NCBI GenBank assembly: GCA_033764315.1
Contig: JANRJA010000212.1
Coordinates: forward strand, 1 to 64,000
Length of the DNA stretch: 64,000 nucleotides
Direction of reading: 5' to 3'
DNA from: Oculatellaceae cyanobacterium bins.114
GTDB taxonomy: Bacteria > Cyanobacteriota > Cyanobacteriia > Elainellales > Elainellaceae
In this document: positions 20,780 through 30,852 of the stretch, in pieces
Layout: each line of letters opens with the position of its first letter
Numbering within the stretch: position 1 is the stretch's first letter
Translations under genes and position numbers: made by a program
Notes under the pieces: model-generated
Told to the model about the DNA's origin: nothing
Seen by the model: only the letters and a program-made list of their open reading frames with translations
Database searches by the model: none

Positions 20780-22792
20780 ATGGCAACCCTTAAACTGGGC
20801 AGTTTATTAGATAGACGCTACCGAGTCGTTCAAACCTTGGCAAAGGGGGGGTTTGGGCAAACTTACATTGCCGAAGATACCCGTCGTCCTGGCAACCCTC
20901 GTTGTGTTGTCAAACATCTGAGACCCGCTAGTAACGATTCTAAATTTCTCGAAAACGCCAGACGTCTGTTTTCAACCGAGGCAGAGATTTTAGAGAAGTT
21001 AGGCACACACGACCAAATTCCTCGCCTCTTAGCCTATTTTGAGGAAGAGCAAGAGTTTTATCTGGTTCAAGATTTAATTGAAGGGCATACCCTCACCCAT
21101 GAGCTACACATGGGCTATCGCTGGTCTGAAGCTCAAGTCTGTCAATTACTTCAAGATGTCTTAAACGTCTTGGCTTTTGTTCACCATCATGGGGTCATTC
21201 ACCGTGATATCAAACCTGAAAATTTGATTCGACGACAGCCAGACAACAAGCTTATATTGGTCGATTTTGGCACGGTTAAGCAGGTTCGGATTCAGCAAGT
21301 CACATCAGGACAGGCAAATTTGACGATTGCTGTGGGTACACCGGGGTATATGCCAACGGAGCAAAATCACGGTAAACCTCGTCCCAATAGTGATCTTTAT
21401 GCCTTAGGCATTATTGGTTTACAGGCTGCTACTGGGTTGCTGCCAGGACAATTGCAAGACGATGTCGATACTGGAGAATTGGTCTGGCAACCGTGGGCAC
21501 AGCAAATCAGAGGCGATTTAGCGGCCATTCTTGATCGCTTAGTGCGATATCACTTTAAGGATCGCTATCAGTCTGCTGTCGAGGTGCTGCAAGCAATGGA
21601 TGAGCTGTTTACCCAGCATCCTGATCTGTTAGCTGCGGTAGAGTCGCAGCCTCCGCCAGATATTGCCTCAATGAAGGCCGCCACAAAATCTGGTGGGTTC
21701 AGCCATCCGCCATCTCCAATTCATTCGGTGCCCGCTACTTCTGCGACTGGCCCGCTCATCGTCACTGGGTTAGTTAACCCATCAGAAACGTCGATTACAT
21801 CAGTTACCACGCCATCGGCCACCAATGAGTCTTCACGAAAAGTGGTTGTGACTCAGATGGAAAATGTATCTGTTGATTTGCCAATCACGACGCTGTCTGA
21901 GCAACCCAAATCTGGCACACCCCAGGTCGAGTCAGAACCCACTACTCTCAAACAACCTCCTGCTTCAGTGCCGTCTCAAGGCGAGCTTGACTCATCGATT
22001 CCTTCAGGTCAACCTGAAACAGCCTCTCAAGAGCGATCGCCTCTACCCTCTCAATCTGCGATCGCCCCCCCTTCTCAACCTCCCAAAAGCGTATCGGTCA
22101 AACCTCTAATCACGGCCCCTCCAATCACTAAAATCGATGCTCCACAGCCCCGCTTAACTCAGCTAAGGGCAGCATTACCGCTCTCTCGCATTACAACTCA
22201 ACCCACTTGGATGGGGATTGGAGCCACTGTTTTGGCTCTACTGATTGGCATCCCAACGCTGTTAAAAGTTCTCCCGATGTGGCACTCTCCATTGTCACCA
22301 GTCGCTGGGTTTAGAACCGTCTTTACCCCGGCTCAACAGTCCTTATCAAAGGTACTGTTGACGAACTTACCGTGTCAGGCTTTGCAACCCAAAACTCAAC
22401 TGACCAACCCTCTGACCTATCCCGATGGAACCCAATACTTTGGTGTGTTGAAGGATGGTTTACCTAACGATCCAAGAGGAGCATTGCTCTTTCGAGATGG
22501 GGGGCGATATGACGGAGAACTGCAAAATGGCAAATTTAACGGTTGTGGTCAATATACCTATCCCACCAATGTCAGCTACAGCTATTACATTGGACAATTT
22601 CAAAATAACGCTTTTAATGGATTAGGAACCCTCTCCTTTGCTGGGGGCGATCGCTACATTGGCGAGTTTCGCAATGGCAAATGTCACGGGCAGGGAACTT
22701 TTATCTCCGCAAACGGGGCTTTTAGGAGAAGCAATTGGCAAGACGGAAATTCGGTTGACGGAGACAGCACCTTGAGCTGTATTCGCCGCTAG
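20780..22792 (+). CDS. Hanks-type Ser/Thr protein kinase with TM helix and C-terminal MORN-like repeats
   Basis: GGFGQTY, VVK, HRDIKPEN, DFG and GTPGY motifs; Y.GE..NG...G.G repeats. Confidence 0.92.
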   Translation: MATLKLGSLLDRRYRVVQTLAKGGFGQTYIAEDTRRPGNPRCVVKHLRPASNDSKFLENARRLFSTEAEILEKLGTHDQIPRLLAYFEEEQEFYLVQDLIEGHTLTHELHMGYRWSEAQVCQLLQDVLNVLAFVHHHGVIHRDIKPENLIRRQPDNKLILVDFGTVKQVRIQQVTSGQANLTIAVGTPGYMPTEQNHGKPRPNSDLYALGIIGLQAATGLLPGQLQDDVDTGELVWQPWAQQIRGDLAAILDRLVRYHFKDRYQSAVEVLQAMDELFTQHPDLLAAVESQPPPDIASMKAATKSGGFSHPPSPIHSVPATSATGPLIVTGLVNPSETSITSVTTPSATNESSRKVVVTQMENVSVDLPITTLSEQPKSGTPQVESEPTTLKQPPASVPSQGELDSSIPSGQPETASQERSPLPSQSAIAPPSQPPKSVSVKPLITAPPITKIDAPQPRLTQLRAALPLSRITTQPTWMGIGATVLALLIGIPTLLKVLPMWHSPLSPVAGFRTVFTPAQQSLSKVLLTNLPCQALQPKTQLTNPLTYPDGTQYFGVLKDGLPNDPRGALLFRDGGRYDGELQNGKFNGCGQYTYPTNVSYSYYIGQFQNNAFNGLGTLSFAGGDRYIGEFRNGKCHGQGTFISANGAFRRSNWQDGNSVDGDSTLSCIRR

Positions 22793-23015
22793 TGCTCTTC
22801 ATGCCGTTGTCATGGAACTATATCTCTAGTAACACAGCTCTTGAGATATTTTCAGATATTGTTTAGAGAATGATTTTTACTGGGGTAGCGATAGCAAGGG
22901 CAGGATGACAAGAGGAGGGGAGGGCGCGAAATTTCCATGCTCCCGTCATTCCCTTATTTCTCGATGATGCTTCATCCTTGCCCCAATAGGACTACCCTCA
23001 CCCGATCCTTACCTT

Positions 23016-23495
23016 GTGAAGAATGAGCGAGACATGAACAAAGAATTGCTTCAAACTGTGAGTGGTGCTTTCGTTACAGCTGCCGCTGTGTTTGGCATGG
23101 GGCTTGTCATCCTGCCACAATTGACTTGGAAGATTCAACGGTCGGTCGCACAAACAATTGCTCAAGGAGCCATTCAAACCCCACCGACCACAGCTCCAAC
23201 GACAGCTCCAACGACGGCTCCAACCCTTTCTCCCTTTCCATCTCCATCGCCGACGAGCAGCCCAACGGCTCCTAGCCCCTCTCCTAGCAACAGCCCCACG
23301 GGAGGGTCAACTCCGTCTTTAACGACCACTCCAACCCCATCTCCGGCAGCCAGCCCGAGCACGACTCCTAGCCCTCGCCCTAGTGCGGTGCCCAACACCA
23401 CTTCTCCGACCCCTCGCGCATCGGCGTCTCCTAGCCCTCGCCCCAGTGCAGCCCCTAATACAACTCCCAACACTTATCCCCCCGCACGGTGGTAA
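23016..23495 (+). CDS. Pro/Ser/Thr-rich exported hypothetical protein
   Basis: N-terminal hydrophobic segment followed by PTTA and PSP low-complexity repeats. Confidence 0.65.
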   Translation: MKNERDMNKELLQTVSGAFVTAAAVFGMGLVILPQLTWKIQRSVAQTIAQGAIQTPPTTAPTTAPTTAPTLSPFPSPSPTSSPTAPSPSPSNSPTGGSTPSLTTTPTPSPAASPSTTPSPRPSAVPNTTSPTPRASASPSPRPSAAPNTTPNTYPPARW

Positions 23496-23655
23496 TGAGT
23501 TGTGCGATCGCCAACCAGCTTGCACTGACTCAAAATCTCTCAGGAGTAAGCTCGTGAAATATCCGCATCTCTTTAAAGTATCTGTACTCTCTTAAAACAT
23601 CTAGACAGGGTGCATCTACCTCAACAAATTACGGTCATTCAGTTGCAGGATCTGC

Positions 23656-24258
23656 ATGGGAAGTCGTTGGCAGTTATATCGAGTCTTATCGGTTGGTCTC
23701 ACAGGGGCGATCGCACTGGTGACGCTTCCATCTAGTGCGATCGCCCAAGTTGTTTTTGCAGGTTATGTGACTACCCCTCAGATCAATCCGCCAACTCCCA
23801 TACTTGAGCCACGTTTACCTGCGCTTGAGGTGCCCCCATTACAGCCTGAACTGCCCAACCCCTCTCAATATCAGGTGCGCCTTCTCTTACGATTGGGTGA
23901 ACGTCGTGTTTATGTCTACCGTGGCAACGAAGCACAAGTGAGCTATCCCGTTGCTGTAGGTAGAGAAGGATGGGAAACCCCTACAGGCAACTTTCAAGTG
24001 TTAGAGATGGTTCGCAATCCCGGTTGGACTCATCCCTTGACACGAGAGCTAGTACCTCCCGGGCCTACCAATCCTCTAGGCGAACGGTGGATTGCCTTTT
24101 GGACAGATGGCACAGATTACATTGGATTTCATGGCACTCCAAATCGTGAGTCCGTTGGACGTGCCGCCTCCCACGGTTGCATTCGGATGTTGAATGAGCA
24201 TGTCCGTGAACTCTATGAGATGGTTGCTCCTGGAACTCAGGTTATTGTTATGCCTTAA
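23656..24258 (+). CDS. L,D-transpeptidase (YkuD family)
   Basis: IGFHGT..SHGCIRM catalytic motif; signal peptide. Confidence 0.92.
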   Translation: MGSRWQLYRVLSVGLTGAIALVTLPSSAIAQVVFAGYVTTPQINPPTPILEPRLPALEVPPLQPELPNPSQYQVRLLLRLGERRVYVYRGNEAQVSYPVAVGREGWETPTGNFQVLEMVRNPGWTHPLTRELVPPGPTNPLGERWIAFWTDGTDYIGFHGTPNRESVGRAASHGCIRMLNEHVRELYEMVAPGTQVIVMP

Positions 24259-24320
24259 GAAGGGCTTTACGTCACCCGTTTACAATCCCCCTAGATCAAC
24301 ATTCGCTAGCAACACCGCTC

Positions 24321-24929
24321 ATGATTGACCTCTACACATTTACCACTCCCAATGGGCGCAAAGCCTCGGTTATGCTTGAGGAAATTGGGCTACCCTACCA
24401 AACCCATGTCATCGACATTCGCAAAAATGACCAGTTTACGCCAGAGTTTGTGGCAATTAACCCCAATAGCAAAATTCCGGCGATCGTTGATCAAGAGGCT
24501 GGCATCACCGTATTTGAATCGGGGGCGATTTTAATTTATTTGGCAGAAAAAACAGGTCAACTGCTGCCTACAGAGACAAAAGCCCGATTTAACGTATTGC
24601 AATGGTTAATGTTTCAAATGGGGGGTGTAGGTCCTATGTTTGGGCAACTCAACCACTTCAAAAAATTTGCCCCAGACCCAATTCCCTATGCCATCAACCG
24701 CTATGAAAAAGAAACCTTGCGGCTTTATGGGGTGCTCAACCAGCAGTTGCAAGACCACGAATTTATCTGTGGCGATTATTCCATCGCCGATATAGCAACC
24801 TATCCCTGGGTAGCCATTTACAACTTCCAGGGGTTAACCTTAGACGATCATCCCCATCTCAAGCGTTGGGTCGAAACGGTTGCCGCCCGTCCTGCCGTAC
24901 AACGAGGAATGAGTGTACCAGGGTTGTAG
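24321..24929 (+). CDS. Glutathione S-transferase, Nu-class (YfcG-like)
   Basis: TPNG, NPNSKIPAI, FESGAIL and YSIADIA motifs. Confidence 0.92.
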   Translation: MIDLYTFTTPNGRKASVMLEEIGLPYQTHVIDIRKNDQFTPEFVAINPNSKIPAIVDQEAGITVFESGAILIYLAEKTGQLLPTETKARFNVLQWLMFQMGGVGPMFGQLNHFKKFAPDPIPYAINRYEKETLRLYGVLNQQLQDHEFICGDYSIADIATYPWVAIYNFQGLTLDDHPHLKRWVETVAARPAVQRGMSVPGL

Positions 24930-25135
24930 AGACAAGAAAAAAAGCATAGGAAGATCACAACCTACCCCTTAGAGGTCTAGCCTCCCGGTTTCTCATCAGC
25001 ATGATCAAAAGAGTCTGATTTATAGCACTAGAAACCAGGGAGCTTGGAAACGTCGCACCTGAGGTTAGAACTGGGGTTAGAAATAGTCGAGTCAAATTTA
25101 CTCTTCTTTTTTCTATTTTCTTGCTTCTTTTTTAC

Positions 25136-25954
25136 CTATGCCATCCCCGTCACAATGCCCCAAAAAGCACTTTTAAAGTTGTCTTCGGTGACATCAACGT
25201 GCATTTTCTTTCCCCATGAATAGACATCGAAGCTAACCCGTCCATTTTGAGCGGCCACATTGCCCAACAGAGCAACCCAGTGATTAGGAAGCGAGAGGGG
25301 CATGTCGGCTTCAGTGGTGGAAGCAGTGCCTAACAAGCCTTGAGCCGTGATCAAAGCAAACCCGACACCCCCCAACTTAACGATGTTATTGGCATCTCGC
25401 AGGGCAAACAAGTCGCCTTTGCGAAAGGCCTGACTGTAGTTAATTTGGTTGTATCCCAAAATTTCTGACGTCCAGCCACTCATTTCCCAGGAAAAACTCA
25501 TGCCACTGATGCTGCGGATAATGCTGGGCGCATCTGGGTCAACCGGAAAAATCAGACTTTCAGCTTCGCGTAGCGTGGCTAAGATCATCCAGTCAGCTTG
25601 TCCCATCAGCAGATTGCCCTTGCTAGACTCGCGCAAGCGATTGGGTGCTGGAATCGTCTTAGTTTTTCCTTTAAAAGATCCATCTTCAAACAAACTACGG
25701 CACATTTCAACATAGCGCAGCGGCTGTTTTCGCACTAACTCAAAGAGAACCGCAGTTGGCCCACAAAAGGGTTGTTGACCCTGGTTGATTTTAAAGGGGT
25801 CATTGACCCGCGATCGCATATCAGCCAAAATTGCTTTTTTATCAAGGTGTGGCCATACCCCCGGTTTAGACGACCCCTCAAATTTGGCGATCGCCTCTAA
25901 CGCTTGCTGGGTTGTAGCCGATTTAGATGAACCAGGATTGCTAGATGTCGTCAT
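25136..25954 (-). CDS. Hypothetical protein, candidate papain-like Cys peptidase
   Basis: NQG..PFCGP, NHWVAL and YSWG motifs. Confidence 0.65.
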   Translation of the reverse strand: MTTSSNPGSSKSATTQQALEAIAKFEGSSKPGVWPHLDKKAILADMRSRVNDPFKINQGQQPFCGPTAVLFELVRKQPLRYVEMCRSLFEDGSFKGKTKTIPAPNRLRESSKGNLLMGQADWMILATLREAESLIFPVDPDAPSIIRSISGMSFSWEMSGWTSEILGYNQINYSQAFRKGDLFALRDANNIVKLGGVGFALITAQGLLGTASTTEADMPLSLPNHWVALLGNVAAQNGRVSFDVYSWGKKMHVDVTEDNFKSAFWGIVTGMA

Positions 25955-26151
25955 GCGATAGATGGGGAAAGAGAGCTAGATTTAAGCGTAGCAGGGAGAA
26001 TTAACAGAACACACGAATGCAATGCTTTGCAAAACTAGAGCGAGGATTAGAACTCACACAGAGTATGTCAGCCATTTTTCTGCAATACTCTATCCTTCCT
26101 CTATAAATTCTGTTGTACCGTGGAGTTAAGATTTGTTTTATCTTTTACGTC

Positions 26152-27003
26152 ATGACCGTTGCGATCTCGCTGCAAAACGTTCACAAGGTTTACAATAACA
26201 CCCCTGTTGTTAACGACCTTAGCTTTTCAATTCCACCAGGTGAGATTTTTGGCTTACTCGGTCCTAACGGGGCAGGAAAGTCCACCACCATTCGGATGTT
26301 GACCACTTTAACGAAGCCAACTCAAGGAGAAATCATCATCTCAAGCTATGACGTGGTGCGTCAGCCTTTTCTGGTTAAAAAGCAAATTGGCGTTGTGCTT
26401 CAGCAAACTAGCGTTGATGTTGATCTCACCATCTGGGAAAACATGGAGTTTCACGGGCGGATGCACCACATTCCCAACCCATACCGTCAGACCGAGATCG
26501 ATCGCTGGTTAGAGTATGTCGAGCTCAGCGAACGCCGTCATGATCTGGTTAAAACCCTCTCTGGCGGCATGAAGCGTCGCCTGCAAATTGCGAGAGCACT
26601 ATTGCACCGACCTCAGATTTTGTTTCTTGATGAACCCACCGTGGGGCTAGACCCACAAACCCGTCGCCGCCTTTGGGAAATCATTAAAGGACTCAATCAG
26701 CAGGGCATGACCATTCTGCTGACAACCCACTACATGGAAGAGGTGGAATATCTCTGCGATCGCATTGGCATCATGGATGGCGGTAAACTCATTGAAATTG
26801 GCACTCTAGAAGACTTTCGTCAAAAACATGGCGAGGGCTTAGTGATGAAACAAGCAGGCGATCGCTGGGATTACCAGTTTTTTCCCACTATGGACAAAGC
26901 CAATGCTTATCTAGAACAGCAACCCAACAAAGCTGGAATGATGGTGCGTCCCTCAAACCTAGAAGATATCTTTGTAGAACTCACAGGACGCAATCTAGAC
27001 TAA
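26152..27003 (+). CDS. ABC transporter ATP-binding protein (ABC-2/DrrA-like)
   Basis: GPNGAGKS, LSGGM, LDEPT and THY motifs; likely ATG at 26152. Confidence 0.92.
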   Translation: MTVAISLQNVHKVYNNTPVVNDLSFSIPPGEIFGLLGPNGAGKSTTIRMLTTLTKPTQGEIIISSYDVVRQPFLVKKQIGVVLQQTSVDVDLTIWENMEFHGRMHHIPNPYRQTEIDRWLEYVELSERRHDLVKTLSGGMKRRLQIARALLHRPQILFLDEPTVGLDPQTRRRLWEIIKGLNQQGMTILLTTHYMEEVEYLCDRIGIMDGGKLIEIGTLEDFRQKHGEGLVMKQAGDRWDYQFFPTMDKANAYLEQQPNKAGMMVRPSNLEDIFVELTGRNLD

Positions 27004-27063
27004 AAACCTACATTAAAGCTCAATCACATCTCTTCCTGCCTTCTGCCTTCTGCCTTTCGCTAT

Positions 27064-27552
27064 ATGACCCGTCTCGCCCACACCATCGAAGCCATTCTCT
27101 ATCTCAAAGCTCAACCCCTGCCAATCGCCAAAATTGCTGAATATGCTCGGTGCGATCGCAAAACGGCTGAGGAAGGGTTAATTGAGTTGATGAACGACTA
27201 TGCTCATCGTGAGAGTGCGCTAGAAGTGGTTGAGACTCCTGAGGGCTATTGCCTCCAGTTACGTGAGTCGTTTCGAGAATTAATAGACTCTCTCATTCCT
27301 TTAGATTTAGGAGTTGGGGCATTGAGAACCTTGGCTGCGATCGCCCTCAAAGGCCCCCTTACTCAAACCGATCTCGTTGAAATTCGAGGCTCTGGAATCT
27401 ATCAACACGTTCCTGAGTTGGTGGAATTAGGACTCGTCCGCAAACGACGTAAAGCAGATAGTCGATCTTTAGTGCTCCAAGTCACAGATAAATTCTATCA
27501 ATATTTTCAGGTTGACAAACTGCCTCAACCCTTTGATAACTCGCCATCTTGA
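27064..27552 (+). CDS. scpB: SMC-Scp complex subunit ScpB
   Basis: IEAILY, ALRTLAAIA..P.TQ..L.EIRG and T.KF..YF motifs. Confidence 0.9.
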   Translation: MTRLAHTIEAILYLKAQPLPIAKIAEYARCDRKTAEEGLIELMNDYAHRESALEVVETPEGYCLQLRESFRELIDSLIPLDLGVGALRTLAAIALKGPLTQTDLVEIRGSGIYQHVPELVELGLVRKRRKADSRSLVLQVTDKFYQYFQVDKLPQPFDNSPS

Positions 27553-27693
27553 CGTCTATGGAGTTCTCTTGCTTGGCTGAATTTGAGTCATTCCAAAGGC
27601 AGATCAACCCTGTTCTTCGTAAGAACACTGGTCACAGTAGCAAATATAAATGTAACAATGGGTCTAATTAAGTTAAATATACATAGGGCTTCT

Positions 27694-28065
27694 ATGGTCT
27701 TTAACCCTGACAGTGCCGATTTTTTCAGCAACAGCACTGAGAGTACTCAGAGCAACCAATTGTTGAGATATCTTCAACATCAGTCACCTGAGATTTTAGA
27801 AAGAGTTGCTAGGTCTGTTAGCCCAGAAATCAAGCAAATTATTTCTCAAAATGTGCAAGGCTTGGTTGGAGTGTTGCCTGCCGAAGATTTTGGAGTGCAG
27901 ATCACAACCGACCGAGACAACCTAGCTGGCTTGCTGGCTTCAGCAATGATGACAGGTTACTTTTTGCGCCGCATGGAGCAGCGCATGGAATTAGAGTCAA
28001 GCCTGACTAGTTCAAGCTCGCTGCATCGTGACCCCCAAAGCGATGACTCGTCATCTGACAGCTAA
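27694..28065 (+). CDS. DUF760 domain protein
   Basis: NxLLRYLQ..SPE, NVQGLVG.LP and RDNLAGLLASAMMTGYFLR motifs; likely ATG at 27694. Confidence 0.85.
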   Translation: MVFNPDSADFFSNSTESTQSNQLLRYLQHQSPEILERVARSVSPEIKQIISQNVQGLVGVLPAEDFGVQITTDRDNLAGLLASAMMTGYFLRRMEQRMELESSLTSSSSLHRDPQSDDSSSDS

Positions 28066-28089
28066 ATTTCATCTCTAGAAACACATGAA

Positions 28090-28129
28090 AAGGTTGAACC
28101 AAGTGATCTAAGTACCTTGGTTCAACCTT
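28090..28129. terminator. Probable terminator between DUF760 gene and htrA-like gene
   Basis: aaggttgaaccaag...cttggttcaacctt stem. Confidence 0.65.
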
Positions 28130-28196
28130 CTGTTTTATTATCTTTGTTGTGTTATCCAGGTGTCTGTCAGGGCGTTTTGTGAAACGCCCCAGTCAA

Positions 28197-29432
28197 TTAA
28201 TTGGCAGGTTCAGCGGGCAATGTGCCTGGACGCACCTCAATGGATTGAGTTTCTCCATTGCGGTTAACCTCTAGCGTTAATGCGTCCCCAATCGTGCTCG
28301 ATTCCACCTGTTCTTGCACTTCAGATGCCGTTGTCACACTCGTTCCATTCACTTTGAGAATCACATCCCCATTCTTTAAACCGGCTTCAGATGCAGGCGT
28401 GTTAGGCAAGACTTCAATAATCAAGACCCCTTGATCAAGGGTGACTTTAAAGCCAAACTTGCTGGAATCCTGGTTAATTTTGTCGCGTAAGTTGGGGGTG
28501 AGATCGACCATTTGAATCCCCAGGTAAGGGTGCTCAACCCGACCATTCGTAAAAAGTTGTTCGGCGATCCGTTTAGCCGTCTCAATCGGAATGGCAAACC
28601 CTAGCCCTTGAGCGTTAGCCCGAATAGCCGTATTAATGCCGATTACTTCACCCCGATCGTTCAGCAGTGGCCCCCCAGAATTGCCTGGATTGATTGCCGC
28701 ATCCGTTTGAATAAAGCGAACTCGGCGATCGGGCACACCCACTTGAGAACTAGAACGACCCGTAGCACTGATAATACCCGCTGTGACTGTGTTATCGAGT
28801 CCGAGAGGGTTACCAATGGCGATCGCCCACTGCCCCGGAATCAAATCTTCTGAACTACCCAGAATCACTGTTGGCAAATTCGTTGCTTCAATTTTGATCG
28901 CCGCCACATCGGTAACAGGATCGACCCCAATCACCTCACCCTTAAACTCCCGCCCATCTTTGAGCGTCACAATAACCGTGTCAGCTCCCTCAACCACATG
29001 GGCATTGGTCACAACATGACCATCGTCCGTGAGAATGAACCCAGACCCCGTACCCTGCTCAACTCGTTCTTGGGGAGGCGTGGAGGGAGCCTCATCCCCA
29101 AAAAAACGTCTAAAAAAGGGATTTTGCAACGGATCAGGCACTTGCCCAGTCACAGTCCTTTCAGAGTCAATTCGCACCACTGCCGGACCTACTTTCTCAA
29201 CCGCATCTGCAATAAAGTTGGGGTTGTTTTGCACGACTACCGATGTCGTCGGTAGCGGCTGAGGCACTTGAGATGGAGATTCGAGTGCTGTTGAAATGAC
29301 AGACTCTTGATTTGGGCGGTTTTCAGCATTGAGATAGTAACCACCCGCCCATCCAGCAGCCCCACCCGCCGCTAATACGGCTGCATAAATACCCAATTGC
29401 TTAAAGGACATGCCAATGGTTTCTTTTTTCAT
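28197..29432 (-). CDS. HtrA/HhoA/HhoB-family serine endopeptidase with PDZ domain
   Basis: TNAHVV, DVA and GNSGGPL catalytic motifs; C-terminal PDZ domain. Confidence 0.93.
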   Translation of the reverse strand: MKKETIGMSFKQLGIYAAVLAAGGAAGWAGGYYLNAENRPNQESVISTALESPSQVPQPLPTTSVVVQNNPNFIADAVEKVGPAVVRIDSERTVTGQVPDPLQNPFFRRFFGDEAPSTPPQERVEQGTGSGFILTDDGHVVTNAHVVEGADTVIVTLKDGREFKGEVIGVDPVTDVAAIKIEATNLPTVILGSSEDLIPGQWAIAIGNPLGLDNTVTAGIISATGRSSSQVGVPDRRVRFIQTDAAINPGNSGGPLLNDRGEVIGINTAIRANAQGLGFAIPIETAKRIAEQLFTNGRVEHPYLGIQMVDLTPNLRDKINQDSSKFGFKVTLDQGVLIIEVLPNTPASEAGLKNGDVILKVNGTSVTTASEVQEQVESSTIGDALTLEVNRNGETQSIEVRPGTLPAEPAN

Positions 29433-29669
29433 AATTTAGTTAGGGCATTACCCCTTTAGGGGAACTGCTTCTCATCGCAGCAATGGTTTCCTACCGTGCC
29501 CAAAAAACAACAACCTTCAAGGGAAGTGCTTTTATAGACCCTTTTATTTTAGTTGACCCGATTGAAACAGTGTAAATCTAACAAGAGAGGGAATGATGGG
29601 TTGACGAGATGACCGTCTCCGAAATCGTTATCTTGGAAGAGATGTCTTGGTGGTTGGCTCTGAGAAACT

Positions 29670-30545
29670 ATGAATGTGTGGCGTTGGCTGTTAGGTGGTT
29701 CAGTGCTGTGCTGGTTGCTGCTAATTGGCAATAGCGATGCGAGCGAGCCCAAGCAAACTGATTCGATTTGCCCTGAACCTGCTTTGTCGCGGGTGACTCG
29801 CCATCGAATTGAATCGGGCGAAACGCTGGTGTCGATCGCCCAACGCTTTGACCTGATTCCAGAAACGCTCATGGGCATGAACCCCGTCTTACGGACGGGC
29901 ACCGCTCCTGTAGGAGCTGAAATTCTCATTCCCCCTTATAACGGCATTCGGGTCGAGGTGCCAGCCGGTCGCACCTGGCGTGACATTGCTATGACCTATG
30001 GTGTTCGAGCCGATGTGTTGTTTGAAATCAACGGCTGCCAGACTGCTCCACAAGTTGTGTTTGTGCCCGGAGTCAACTGGTCACCCAACCCAATTCCGGC
30101 AAATGTTGCAGGACAAACCAGTCATGTGCTGAGGGGCTATCCGTTACCCAACGTTGTTCCAGTAGTCGTTGGACATGGTTGGCAAGTAGATCCCGGTTCT
30201 GGTGAAGTTGTGTTTCACAGTGGAGTAAGATTGGCTGCACCTACAGGCACCCCTGTATTGGCAACAGGTGACGGAGTGATTGCGTTTGCCGCTAATCAGG
30301 GAAACTATGGCAACTTGATTGTGATTAATCACAATGAAGGATTGCAAACTCGCTATGCTCAGCTTGCAACTATTGAGGTGCGGGTAGGACAAGCCGTTAG
30401 AACAGGCGATCGCATTGGTACGGTAGGAGCAACTGGGTCAGCCAGAAGCCCCTATCTGCGATTTGAGGTGCGGTCTAACTCTGACTTGGGGTGGGTCGCT
30501 CAAGACCCAGGAGCCTATTTGCAAAACATGAGAGTAGGGCGATAG
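29670..30545 (+). CDS. LysM + M23 peptidase family protein
   Basis: GETLVSIAQRF LysM; M23-like domain with degenerate metal ligands (HSGVR, YAQL, PYLRF). Confidence 0.85.
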   Translation: MNVWRWLLGGSVLCWLLLIGNSDASEPKQTDSICPEPALSRVTRHRIESGETLVSIAQRFDLIPETLMGMNPVLRTGTAPVGAEILIPPYNGIRVEVPAGRTWRDIAMTYGVRADVLFEINGCQTAPQVVFVPGVNWSPNPIPANVAGQTSHVLRGYPLPNVVPVVVGHGWQVDPGSGEVVFHSGVRLAAPTGTPVLATGDGVIAFAANQGNYGNLIVINHNEGLQTRYAQLATIEVRVGQAVRTGDRIGTVGATGSARSPYLRFEVRSNSDLGWVAQDPGAYLQNMRVGR

Positions 30546-30602
30546 AGAGGTTAGAGCCAAACCAATCCAGGAGCATTTGCTTGACGTTCTATAACAGTGT
30601 TC

Positions 30603-30679
30603 TATAGCAGTTGCATTTTGAGCAGGCAGGGATGCAGCCTCTATGCCCCCTTGTTCTACCCTAATTCTGTCAGGCTATA
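30603..30679. repeat. Degenerate TATAGC-bounded element
   Basis: Begins tatagc and ends gctata, in an intergenic position. Confidence 0.35.
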
Positions 30680-30852
30680 TAAAGGAGTTTTACCTCCCTG
30701 TTCATTCACAGGGGGGAAGTGGTATGTTGGTGGGGCGTGACATAACAGAGTATTAATACTTACTCTCTGAATAGACCTCTTTCATATTGCGATGGATCGG
30801 TGCAACGCCTTTACCCATCTCAATCAAGCAACTCTAATTTGCCAGAGATCTA

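Noticed and set aside
27036..27056. Short heptamer (TTCTGCC) tandem repeat before scpB
   Set aside because: Ordinary cyanobacterial STRR-type repeat with about three copies
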